Positions 10,301-17,623 of a DNA stretch of 31,090 nucleotides are shown here, in pieces. This DNA is from a virus (Duplodnaviria; Caudoviricetes), in IMG/VR virus record IMGVR_UViG_3300044491_000791, positions 1 to 31,090 of that record. One strand, 5' to 3'. The notes under the pieces were generated by a model that saw only the letters and a list, made by a program, of their open reading frames with translations, had not been told where the DNA came from and ran no database searches. The stretch's first letter is position 1. Every line of letters starts with the position of its first letter. Both the position numbers and the translations under genes were made by a program.

Positions 10301-10639
10301 TGCTCTTACGACCCATGCTCTATTACTTACGCCTAAGTATGAGTATGCCGCTTGCAATCCGTATTCATTAAGTTCTCCACCGTGAATTGGATTGTTATTG
10401 TTATCCGTATAAAATAACGGATCGCCAAAAGTCTCTGAAAGATCTCTTTGCGATGTTAACAAGAAAGGTACACCTGCATTTGCTTGTGTAGTTCCTCTTG
10501 CTGTACCTGTGCCACTTGCATTGGCTTTATCCTGTGCAGTAGCAACGAAAATCATTGGGGTAGTACCTGGCTCAGCGGGCGTATAGAAACTTTCGTCAAT
10601 TACACTGACCGATACTCCTGGTGATACTAAGTTTGCCAT
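7370..10639 (-). CDS. Tail sheath protein (T4 gp18-like) with large internal insertion
   Basis: LVSPGVSVSVIDES N-terminus; PWFAPAGTRRG, RDTLY, FGQKT, DRINVARL, FEPND, VCDESNNT, IEPVKAVEFIYI C-terminus. Confidence 0.96.
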   Translation of the reverse strand: MANLVSPGVSVSVIDESFYTPAEPGTTPMIFVATAQDKANASGTGTARGTTQANAGVPFLLTSQRDLSETFGDPLFYTDNNNNPIHGGELNEYGLQAAYSYLGVSNRAWVVRADIDLGELQASATAPAADPEDGTQWFDTQVSKFGIFEWNGNAVTSTGGQTFTNKVPTVITDNTKLVGNSNTGIPKASVGQVGDYAVVATTTINKVYYKSSTGTWVKVGSSAWVASWPTVVGTKSNPTYTGDFTINGTTVTGAGTLADLVLDINGDATLQTAGITAKAVNSKLEIYSTGVSVVIADPNSNIVAGLGLTAETVEAPILSIAPHTSIPEFKSTDTKPRPSGSVWFKTTDANQGANLNVKTFNATTGLWEKKNVPIYANNASALEKLDSTGGGKNLSIDTYYAQSHVVEGGEAEFDFKIFRRAAAGTTAVTSSIIPVSGVAASTYTFTVSETLVNDANFTTPVQVSVITTGAADDADEIAGQINSAGLTNVTASVDAQNRVVIEHTLGGDIRFVDTDGLLNLIGYAPYVNATSGTANLYYVPGTDGSTNPEQYMASNWRVLSYTASEDAPNALASDGQLWYNSIVDEVDMLIHDGTNWVGYQNYQSGSIDYSNTSPAGPIVSATEPTQQSDGSDLVEGDIWVSTADLENYPLVYQYNFTTKKWTLRDSSDQSTDNGILFADARYNTAGANSDTAGDITDLLASDYLDPDAPDPALYPKGMLLWNLRRSGFNVKKFVRNYIDTTEDNGRGSDDGSSMDAYYPHRWVTESANQADGSGSFGRKAQRKVVVQAFQAMVNSNDDIRDNESRIFNLMATPGYPELIGEMISLNYDRGLTAFVVGDSPFRLKSDGTTLNNWATNVAGAVEDNDQGLVSNDEYLGIFYPSLFTSDNAGNNVVVPASHGILRTIALSDNVSYPWFAPAGTRRGGITNATSAGYIDAEGEFKTVALNEGQRDTLYSSAVNPITFLTGAGLVNFGQKTRARNASSLDRINVARLVIYLRSQLNKLAKPYIFEPNDKITRDEIKQQVDSLMLELVGQRALYDFLVVCDESNNTPNRIDRNELYVDIAIEPVKAVEFIYIPLRLKNTGEIAGL

Positions 10640-10681
10640 CTTGTGTTCTCCTGTTGAACTTTAAACTTGTTCTGTCAATAG

Positions 10682-10689
10682 TATTTATA
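10682..10689 (-). promoter_or_regulatory. T4 late promoter consensus TATAAATA for tail sheath
   Basis: Exact TATAAATA-CTATT followed by AGGAG SD. Confidence 0.85.
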
Positions 10690-10744
10690 TGTTTCACTCA
10701 AAAAGAACATTATATCACCGTCGAAAAAGGGCAGAAAAAGGTAT

Positions 10745-10752
10745 GCTAAATA
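10745..10752 (+). promoter_or_regulatory. T4-late-type promoter box for HNH-fold gene
   Basis: GCTAAATA-CGAT-ATG. Confidence 0.6.
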
Positions 10753-10756
10753 CGAT

Positions 10757-11089
10757 ATGAGACCTTTATGCAGTTGCGGACAACGACCTGTAGCCGTTAA
10801 TTATAAAAAACACGGTAAAACGTTTTATAGAACCAAATGTGATAGATGTTTACGCAACGGAACACCTAAAAAGCCTAGATGGCATCAATCAGGATATCGA
10901 CAAAAATCCGAATGTGAAAAATGTGGATTTAAAGCAGAATATAAAGAACAATTAAGAGTCTATCATATAGACGGAAACTTAGAAAATTGTAGACCTGCTA
11001 ATTTAAAAACTATTTGTGCCAACTGTCAAATTGCTATGCAACGGCGAGGGGTGAAATGGAAGCAAGGCGACCTTTCACCTGATTTTTAA
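10757..11089 (+). CDS. Small Zn-finger / HNH-fold protein
   Basis: CSC, CDRC, CEKC, CANC pairs and YHIDGNLENCRPANLKTICANCQ resembling an HNH motif. Confidence 0.75.
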   Translation: MRPLCSCGQRPVAVNYKKHGKTFYRTKCDRCLRNGTPKKPRWHQSGYRQKSECEKCGFKAEYKEQLRVYHIDGNLENCRPANLKTICANCQIAMQRRGVKWKQGDLSPDF

Positions 11090-11645
11090 GATCATCAAGT
11101 GTGCTGTTGTTATCAATGATTTGCGTAAAGTTTGAATTTGCCCATGCCCATTCAGATGCATGAACGTCTTTTGGCTCAACTCCGATATCTTGATACATTC
11201 TAAACCAAACAGGATCTGCTCCTCTTCGAACACGCCACAATTCACTGCCCATTTTTGTAAGCATTAGTGCTTCGTTAGGAAACCGTACATCAGGAATAAC
11301 AAAGTTCTTATGCGGATAATCTATTAGTATCTTCTTAGTTAAACTAACCCAAATTCCATCATAGAATCCGTTACGCATACACTCTGTACCAAATTCTTGA
11401 AGCACTTTGCGAGGAGTAATTGTACGTCCAGTTTCTTTAGTCCAATAGTCATCTTGCGTTTCTCGCCATTGTCTTGACTCGTCTGTTTTTCCGTCAAGTA
11501 ACTCTCTATCCCAGTCAAACATAACAGCAACAGAATCTTTTAATTTGTCTGCAAACGAGATTTTTTCAAAATTGTGATTATCAATAAGATATTGAGCAAC
11601 TGTATCCTTGCCAGAACCAATTAAACCGCAAATGCCGATGATCAT
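11034..11645 (-). CDS. Deoxynucleoside monophosphate kinase (T4 gp1-like)
   Basis: IIGICGLIGSGKDT P-loop, SFADKLK, PRKVLQEFGTE, DVRFPNE, HASE; AAGGAG SD. Confidence 0.95.
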   Translation of the reverse strand: MIIGICGLIGSGKDTVAQYLIDNHNFEKISFADKLKDSVAVMFDWDRELLDGKTDESRQWRETQDDYWTKETGRTITPRKVLQEFGTECMRNGFYDGIWVSLTKKILIDYPHKNFVIPDVRFPNEALMLTKMGSELWRVRRGADPVWFRMYQDIGVEPKDVHASEWAWANSNFTQIIDNNSTLDDLKNQVKGRLASISPLAVA

Positions 11646-11670
11646 ATTAAACTCCTTATTAGAAGTATAT

Positions 11671-11699
11671 AGTATATGATCTTATGTGAGGGATGTCAA
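11671..11699 (-). promoter_or_regulatory. Sigma70-type (early) promoter for dNMP kinase
   Basis: Minus strand TTGACA (11699-11694), 17-nt spacer, TATACT (11676-11671), upstream of AAGGAG SD. Confidence 0.85.
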
Positions 11700-11706
11700 G
11701 TTGAAT

Positions 11707-12456
11707 CTAGCCAATTGTAAAGCCGTAGCCTACACCACCAGCAACATTGGTCATTAGATCTTGTTCTAATTTTTCCATTTCGCCTTGTGCTTCTGCTTTT
11801 AGTGCATCTCCATTTAGAGTTGAGCCTCCTTGTGGACCTGCAATAGTAGCAAATTTACTACGTGCTTCACCTAGCATATACTTACACTTAGCAAGTGTAT
11901 AATCTTTAATCCATTGCTTTGCTAGATAGTCATCTAATATTTCTGAATCGGGACGTTTATTGTAGCAGTATAAAAGTAATTCTTCTTCTGCTCTAGGACG
12001 TTGAAGAATTGTAAGATTTTTAGTAGTATTGTTCCATTTAAATTCAATAAATGAACCAAACATACGTCCTACAAGTTCCTGGTAACTTGCAAACAAGTTA
12101 TAAGTTGCTAGTCCGCCCATGTTTGAACTAGATAACAAATATGTATTTGTATAGGCTAAGTTAAATGGTTCAAACATTGTACCACCGTCACCGCCTCCTG
12201 TTCTTGATCCTATTGATCTACGGAAAATTTGACGAACTTCCATAATGTTCGAATCTAAAGTATATTCGTTCTGATCAATTACAGTAGTTAGGAATGCATA
12301 TGATTCTTCTACTGAATTATCTGAACGCTGACGATATTTGTCAAATGCCGCTTGCAGTCCTACTTCATAGTGTACTGGATCTAGTTCAACATCAACCATG
12401 CCACTTCCTAGCATAGCCGCTACATAATCGAATATTTCTTGTTTTTGTGTCGCCAT
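11707..12456 (-). CDS. Neck protein (T4 gp13-like)
   Basis: LG..MVDVEL N-terminus, WIKDYTLA..K..LG...SKF, GG.TLNG..L..EA..E...LE; 249 aa. Confidence 0.88.
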   Translation of the reverse strand: MATQKQEIFDYVAAMLGSGMVDVELDPVHYEVGLQAAFDKYRQRSDNSVEESYAFLTTVIDQNEYTLDSNIMEVRQIFRRSIGSRTGGGDGGTMFEPFNLAYTNTYLLSSSNMGGLATYNLFASYQELVGRMFGSFIEFKWNNTTKNLTILQRPRAEEELLLYCYNKRPDSEILDDYLAKQWIKDYTLAKCKYMLGEARSKFATIAGPQGGSTLNGDALKAEAQGEMEKLEQDLMTNVAGGVGYGFTIG

Positions 12457-12476
12457 AAGTTTTCAGTCTCCATTAG

Positions 12477-12508
12477 TATTTATGCGAACGATTATCTAAC
12501 GATAAATA
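12477..12508. promoter_or_regulatory. Back-to-back late promoter boxes for gp13-like (-) and gp14-like (+)
   Basis: CATAAATACTA on minus strand (box 12477-12484) and GATAAATACTA on plus strand (box 12501-12508). Confidence 0.8.
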
Positions 12509-12516
12509 CTATTACG

Positions 12517-13680
12517 ATGCCAAGAATAAGTTTATACAAACCAGAAAAGGGTAACGATTACGAGTTCCTAGACAGAACAGTAACAGAGATGTTTACTGTT
12601 GGTGGAACTGACGTTTTTGTTCACAAATATTTAGGCCCTAAAAACCCAGACGAAGCAGATGCTACTCCGTCACAGCCTCATTATGATGCTGTAAAAGAAA
12701 CTAACATTCAAGATATGTTATTCATGGAAAACCGTGATAGAAAATACGATCCAGATGTTTACGTAATTCGAGGCATTTACAATGTACAAGATGTTGACTT
12801 TGATATGAGTCAATTTGGACTATTCTTAACCAACGACACATTGTTTATGACCATTCCAATTAATTATAGTGTAAAAACTTTAGGCAGAAAAGTAATGCCA
12901 GGTGATGTATTTGAATTACCTCACTTAAAAGACGAAAATGCACTTAATGATTATAGTGTAGCATTGAAACGGTTTTATGTTGTAGAAGATGTAAACAGAG
13001 CCGCAGAAGGATTTACACAAACTTGGTATCCACATTTATATAGAGTAAAACTAAAACAAATAGTTGACTCTCAAGAGTTTAAAGATATACTTGATTTACC
13101 AGCAGAAGAAGGAAGCACTAATACACTACGTGATGTGCTTAGTACATACGAAAAAGAAATGCAAATTAATAATGCTATATTAGATCAAGCAGAAGCCGAT
13201 GCTCCTAAATCAGGGTATGACACAACATCTCTTTATACATTACAAGTTGATGCAGAAGGCAAACCAGAACTTGTTGGTGCAGACGAAACATTAATTGATG
13301 CTAGTATTGCTAATGGTAACATAGATGCAAGTAGAGTAAACGAAACTCCAGAGCGTGAGGGTTATCAAGGTTACTTAATTGGTGATGGTATTCCACCTAA
13401 TGGTGAAGCATTTGGATTTGGTACATCATTCCCGCTAACTACTACTAAAGGTGATTATTATTTAAGAACAGACTTTTTGCCTAAACGTTTGTTCCGCTTT
13501 GATGGAGCAAGATGGGTTAAGATGGAAGATCAAGTACGTATGACTATGACAAATACTAATGATAGAAATACATATAAGACAGACTTTATTAATAACACAA
13601 ATACAGATAATATCGCCGGCGAAAATATTCAAGAAAGACAAAGTCTTTCACAAGCACTTAAACCTAAGGCGGATAATTAA
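12517..13680 (+). CDS. Neck / head-closure protein (T4 gp14-like) with C-terminal extension
   Basis: Start reassigned to ATG 12517 (MPRISLYK) behind late box 12501-12508; G.DV, MSQFGLFL, MPGDVFELP; located between gp13 and gp15. Confidence 0.75.
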   Translation: MPRISLYKPEKGNDYEFLDRTVTEMFTVGGTDVFVHKYLGPKNPDEADATPSQPHYDAVKETNIQDMLFMENRDRKYDPDVYVIRGIYNVQDVDFDMSQFGLFLTNDTLFMTIPINYSVKTLGRKVMPGDVFELPHLKDENALNDYSVALKRFYVVEDVNRAAEGFTQTWYPHLYRVKLKQIVDSQEFKDILDLPAEEGSTNTLRDVLSTYEKEMQINNAILDQAEADAPKSGYDTTSLYTLQVDAEGKPELVGADETLIDASIANGNIDASRVNETPEREGYQGYLIGDGIPPNGEAFGFGTSFPLTTTKGDYYLRTDFLPKRLFRFDGARWVKMEDQVRMTMTNTNDRNTYKTDFINNTNTDNIAGENIQERQSLSQALKPKADN

Positions 13681-15098
13681 TGCAACATTTTTATGATGGA
13701 CAAATAAGAAGATACATTACTCAGTTGATTAGACTTATGAGTAATTTTTCTTATAAGGATGGTGATGGAGATCTAAAACAGATTCCGGTAATGTATGGAG
13801 ATATCACACGTCAAGTAGGACATATTCTTAGAGACAACTCAGAAAATAAAATTCCAAGTGCGCCTCGCATAGCAATTTATATGACTGGTTTAGAATTAGA
13901 TCGTGATAGATTAGCAGATGCTACACACGTAAGTAAAGTTCATTTACGTGAACGTGCATATGATGAAGATAATAACGAATATCTAAACACACAAGGTAAG
14001 AATGTTACAGTAGAACGTTTAATGCCAACTCCTTATACATTACAAGTAACGGCAGATATTTGGTCAACTAATACAGATCAAAAATTACAAATTATGGAGC
14101 AGATATTAATGTTGTTTAATCCTAGTTTAGAGATTCAAACAACTGATAATTATATCGATTGGACTAGTTTAAGTGTAGTGAACTTAGACGGAGTTACTTG
14201 GAGTGGTAGAAGTATTCCAGTGGGTACTGAAAGTGAGATTGATGTTGGAAGTTTACAATTTACAACTCCTATCTATATTAGTCCCCCTGCAAAAGTTAAA
14301 AAACTTGGTGTTATTACTAGTGTTATTATGAGTATCTTTAATGAGGATAACGGAACTATTGATTTGGGAGAATCAACTCCTGAGTTTAAACGATATAATG
14401 ATGAATTTGCAGAACGTCCAGTCCAAGAGGACACTAACAAATCTGCTACTAAGAAAGATACTGCTGGACTTGCTATTACTGCATATAATAATTACGATTT
14501 ACTTGTAATGGGCAATGAAGCACAGTTAATTCATAAAGGTGTAGTTGGTTCTACTCCTTGGACTGGATTCTTAGATGCATTACCCGGATCATTTACGGCT
14601 GGTGTAAGTCAACTACAACTTGTAAGACAAGATATACCACAAAGTATTAACGGTACTGTTGCAATTAATCCTAATGATGATACAAAACTAGCAATTACTT
14701 GGGACAATGACACTATTCCTAGTGATACTGTTATTGCAGGATCAACTGGTGACCGAAATAAAATTGATTATATTATTGATCCAAAAACTTATAATCCTGC
14801 AAGCATTAAAAATGCCGGAACTAGAATATTATTACTAGACAGTATTGGTGATATAAACAATGCTAGTGGACCGGTTGCTTGGAAAAACAACGATAACACT
14901 GATCTTATTGCAAGTGAAAATGATATTATTGAATGGACAGGATCAAAATGGCAAATATTATTTGATTCAAGCACTGAAACAAATATCAAATACACTACTA
15001 ACCTAAACACTGGAGTTCAATACAAATGGACTGGTAGTGAATGGGTTTTATCATTCGAAGGCGAATACCGAAACGGCACTTGGCGTATACAGTTTTAA
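13680..15098 (+). CDS. Tail sheath stabiliser / tail terminator (T4 gp15-like) with C-terminal extension
   Basis: HFYDGQIRRY, IPVMYG, PRIAI, PTPY.L, LQIMEQIL..FNP. Confidence 0.88.
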   Translation: MQHFYDGQIRRYITQLIRLMSNFSYKDGDGDLKQIPVMYGDITRQVGHILRDNSENKIPSAPRIAIYMTGLELDRDRLADATHVSKVHLRERAYDEDNNEYLNTQGKNVTVERLMPTPYTLQVTADIWSTNTDQKLQIMEQILMLFNPSLEIQTTDNYIDWTSLSVVNLDGVTWSGRSIPVGTESEIDVGSLQFTTPIYISPPAKVKKLGVITSVIMSIFNEDNGTIDLGESTPEFKRYNDEFAERPVQEDTNKSATKKDTAGLAITAYNNYDLLVMGNEAQLIHKGVVGSTPWTGFLDALPGSFTAGVSQLQLVRQDIPQSINGTVAINPNDDTKLAITWDNDTIPSDTVIAGSTGDRNKIDYIIDPKTYNPASIKNAGTRILLLDSIGDINNASGPVAWKNNDNTDLIASENDIIEWTGSKWQILFDSSTETNIKYTTNLNTGVQYKWTGSEWVLSFEGEYRNGTWRIQF

Positions 15099-15101
15099 AT
15101 A
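15094..15101 (+). promoter_or_regulatory. Possible late promoter box upstream of Nudix-hldE-hldD
   Basis: TTTAAATA overlapping the gp15-like stop, 9 nt before the Nudix ATG; weaker match. Confidence 0.5.
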
Positions 15102-15110
15102 ACTATATAT

Positions 15111-15551
15111 ATGAGCCAGAAGATATCATGTAGTGGTGCATTGTTTTATGCCCTTAACACAAAACGTTTTTTATTCTTACACCGTACTCAAAGCAAACAA
15201 TCTCAAGTTTGGGGATTAGTAGGTGGTAGAAGCAATTCTGGTGAAACACCGTTTGATGCTCTTACTAGAGAAATTTCTGAAGAAATAGGTACTACACCTA
15301 AATTTATAAAATCTATTCCCTTAGAAACATTTGTAAGCACAGACGAAAAGTTTAATTTTCATACATACCTTATCGTTGTTAAAGAAGAATTTTTACCAAC
15401 TCTTAATGACGAACATGATGGGTATGCTTGGGCTAGTTTTGGAAAATGGCCAAAGCCTTTACATCAAGGTTTACGTAATACACTTCAAAATAAAACAAAT
15501 ATCACAAAACTAGAAACAGTATTCCAAGTTGTAAACCTATTAGAGACTTAA
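15111..15551 (+). CDS. Nudix hydrolase
   Basis: Nudix box G-RSNSG-E-TPFDALT-REISEEIG preceded by WGLVG; LNDEHDGYAW. Confidence 0.9.
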   Translation: MSQKISCSGALFYALNTKRFLFLHRTQSKQSQVWGLVGGRSNSGETPFDALTREISEEIGTTPKFIKSIPLETFVSTDEKFNFHTYLIVVKEEFLPTLNDEHDGYAWASFGKWPKPLHQGLRNTLQNKTNITKLETVFQVVNLLET

Positions 15552-15554
15552 TAT

Positions 15555-16802
15555 ATGATTAGAGTATATGGCGACATAATGCTAGATCGATGGATTTTTG
15601 GTAATGCTGATAGAATTAGTCCTGAAGCACCTATTCCTATTTTAAAAGAAACAGAACAAAAGTATAGTATCGGCGGTGCCGGTAACTTAGCATTAAACAT
15701 TTCTTCTATTAACGGAGATGTTAGTTTATATGGTGTAATATCCAGCGATAAAGAAGGGTACAAGTCTATTGAGTTACTTGATGTAACTAATTTACATTCT
15801 AATCTTACAATGGACTCACCAATGACTACTACTAAAACAAGATTAGTCGGTGACAACGGTCAACAATTATTACGATGGGATAGAGAAACTACATTTCATA
15901 GTGTTGAAGGATTTAAAAGATTAGTAAATGATACTACACAATCTGATATTATATGTGTTAGTGATTATGCAAAAGGTACTGTTAATAAAAATACAGTAAC
16001 AGAATTACTTAAAAAGACTGATAAAGTTTTAGTTGATCCTAAGCAAGAGCCCGAAATTTATAAAGGTGCGTTTTTAGTTAAACCAAATATGAAAGAATAT
16101 GTATCTTGGTTTGGCGTATTTAAAAAAGAAACTGCATTACTTAAAATGCGTGAGTATAACTGGAAAAATTTAGTAGTAACTGACGGAGCAAACGGTATTC
16201 ATGTTCTTGACGAGAATAAAAAATATTTTCATTTTAAAGAACCTGTACACGAAGTGGCTGATGTTACCGGAGCAGGCGACACTGTGCTATCTGTTATTGC
16301 ATATGGTATTGAAAGAAGTATGTCAATTGCTGAATGTTGTAAGATGGCTTGTTACGCCGCGGCTAGAACTGTTGAACGAAGAGGAGTCGTAGTTATTACT
16401 AAAGATGACTTAAAACCAAAATTAGTATGGACTAATGGAGTGTTTGACATATTACATGAAGGTCATTTTCAATTGTTAAAGTTTGCAAAGTCTAAAGGAC
16501 AATACTTAGTTGTTGGTATTAATAGTGATGCTAGTACAAAAAGATTAAAAGGTGAAAATCGCCCAATCAACAATCAGTTACAAAGACAAATAAATTTAAA
16601 ATTATTACCATGGGTAGACGAAGTTATCATTTTTGATGAAGATACTCCAATCAATGTAATAAAAAAATACAATCCAGACTTGATTATTAAAGGCGGAGAT
16701 TATACAATAGAGACAGTAGTTGGACATGAACAGTATCCTGTAGAAATTTTTCCGACAGTAGAAGGAAATTCAACTACAAAAATAATAGAGAGTTTTAAAT
16801 GA
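15555..16802 (+). CDS. hldE: Bifunctional heptose-7-phosphate kinase / heptose-1-phosphate adenylyltransferase (HldE/RfaE)
   Basis: GDIMLDR..G...RISPEAPIP, GGAGN, SDYAKG, LVDPK, KPN, PfkB DVTGAGDT; C-terminal TNGVFDILHEGH, GINSDAS.KRLKG..RP, FDEDTP, KGGDY, GNSTT. Confidence 0.95.
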   Translation: MIRVYGDIMLDRWIFGNADRISPEAPIPILKETEQKYSIGGAGNLALNISSINGDVSLYGVISSDKEGYKSIELLDVTNLHSNLTMDSPMTTTKTRLVGDNGQQLLRWDRETTFHSVEGFKRLVNDTTQSDIICVSDYAKGTVNKNTVTELLKKTDKVLVDPKQEPEIYKGAFLVKPNMKEYVSWFGVFKKETALLKMREYNWKNLVVTDGANGIHVLDENKKYFHFKEPVHEVADVTGAGDTVLSVIAYGIERSMSIAECCKMACYAAARTVERRGVVVITKDDLKPKLVWTNGVFDILHEGHFQLLKFAKSKGQYLVVGINSDASTKRLKGENRPINNQLQRQINLKLLPWVDEVIIFDEDTPINVIKKYNPDLIIKGGDYTIETVVGHEQYPVEIFPTVEGNSTTKIIESFK

Positions 16803-17623
16803 AAATTTTAGTTACAGGTCATGAAGGATTTATTGGCAAAAATCTTGCCTCTTATCTACAACATAAAGGACACGATGTTGAAGGTTGGGAATGGCAAGAG
16901 AATAAGTTTCCTGATGCTCAACAGTATGACCGTGTTATTCACTGTGGGGCTATTTCAAGTACTACTGAATCCGATGTTGAAAAGATATTAAAACAAAACT
17001 ATGAGTGGACCATGAAACTTATTGAAATTTGTGATATGATGGGTACTAGTTTACAGTTTTCAAGTTCAGCAAGTGTGTATGGTCCTGGAGCAGATGGGTT
17101 TAGTGAAACGTCTAAGTGCTTTCCACAAAGTCCTTATGCATGGAGCAAGTATCTTATTGATAGATGGGTTAATACATTTAGCGATGACTTCAAAATTAAC
17201 ATTCAGGGATTTCGTTATTTTAACGTATATGGAAACTATGAAGAACATAAAGGTGAACAAGCAAGTCCAATTACCAAATTTACAAATCAAGCAAAAGAAT
17301 ACGGTGTTATAAAACTTTTTGAAAATAGCGAAAGTTATAAACGTGATTTTATTAGTGTACAAGATGTATGTTTAGTACATGAAAAGATGCTAGAACAAGA
17401 TGTTAGTGGTATTTTTAATGTAGGAACTGGAGTTGCAACGTCATTTAAAGAGATTGCCGAAGTTATTGCTAAAAAATATAATGCAAAAATTGAATTAATA
17501 CCTATGCCCGAAAAATTAAAAGGTCAATACCAAGAGTATACTTGTGCTGATAACACAAAATTGCTTGATGTAATTGATCATTCTTTCATTAGGCCAACGG
17601 AATGGATACATGAGTCAAAATAA
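16799..17623 (+). CDS. hldD: ADP-L-glycero-D-manno-heptose 6-epimerase (HldD/RfaD)
   Basis: VTGHEGFIG, H.GAISSTTE, SSASVYG, YAWSK, GFRYFNVYG..EEHKG.QAS, LFENSE...RDF, IPMPEKLKGQYQEYTCAD. Confidence 0.93.
   Translation: MKILVTGHEGFIGKNLASYLQHKGHDVEGWEWQENKFPDAQQYDRVIHCGAISSTTESDVEKILKQNYEWTMKLIEICDMMGTSLQFSSSASVYGPGADGFSETSKCFPQSPYAWSKYLIDRWVNTFSDDFKINIQGFRYFNVYGNYEEHKGEQASPITKFTNQAKEYGVIKLFENSESYKRDFISVQDVCLVHEKMLEQDVSGIFNVGTGVATSFKEIAEVIAKKYNAKIELIPMPEKLKGQYQEYTCADNTKLLDVIDHSFIRPTEWIHESK

Noticed and set aside
1046-10639. Intein or intron in terL or in the oversized sheath
   Set aside because: terL is normal length and uninterrupted; the sheath insertion lacks intein splice or LAGLIDADG motifs
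10695-10742. A-tracts and twice-repeated GAAAAAGG between divergent promoters, as origin or pac site
   Set aside because: Too short and low-complexity to support without comparative data
12439-12516. Track start of the gp14-like ORF at 12439
   Set aside because: Overlaps the gp13-like start and lies upstream of the late box; ATG 12517 is more plausible
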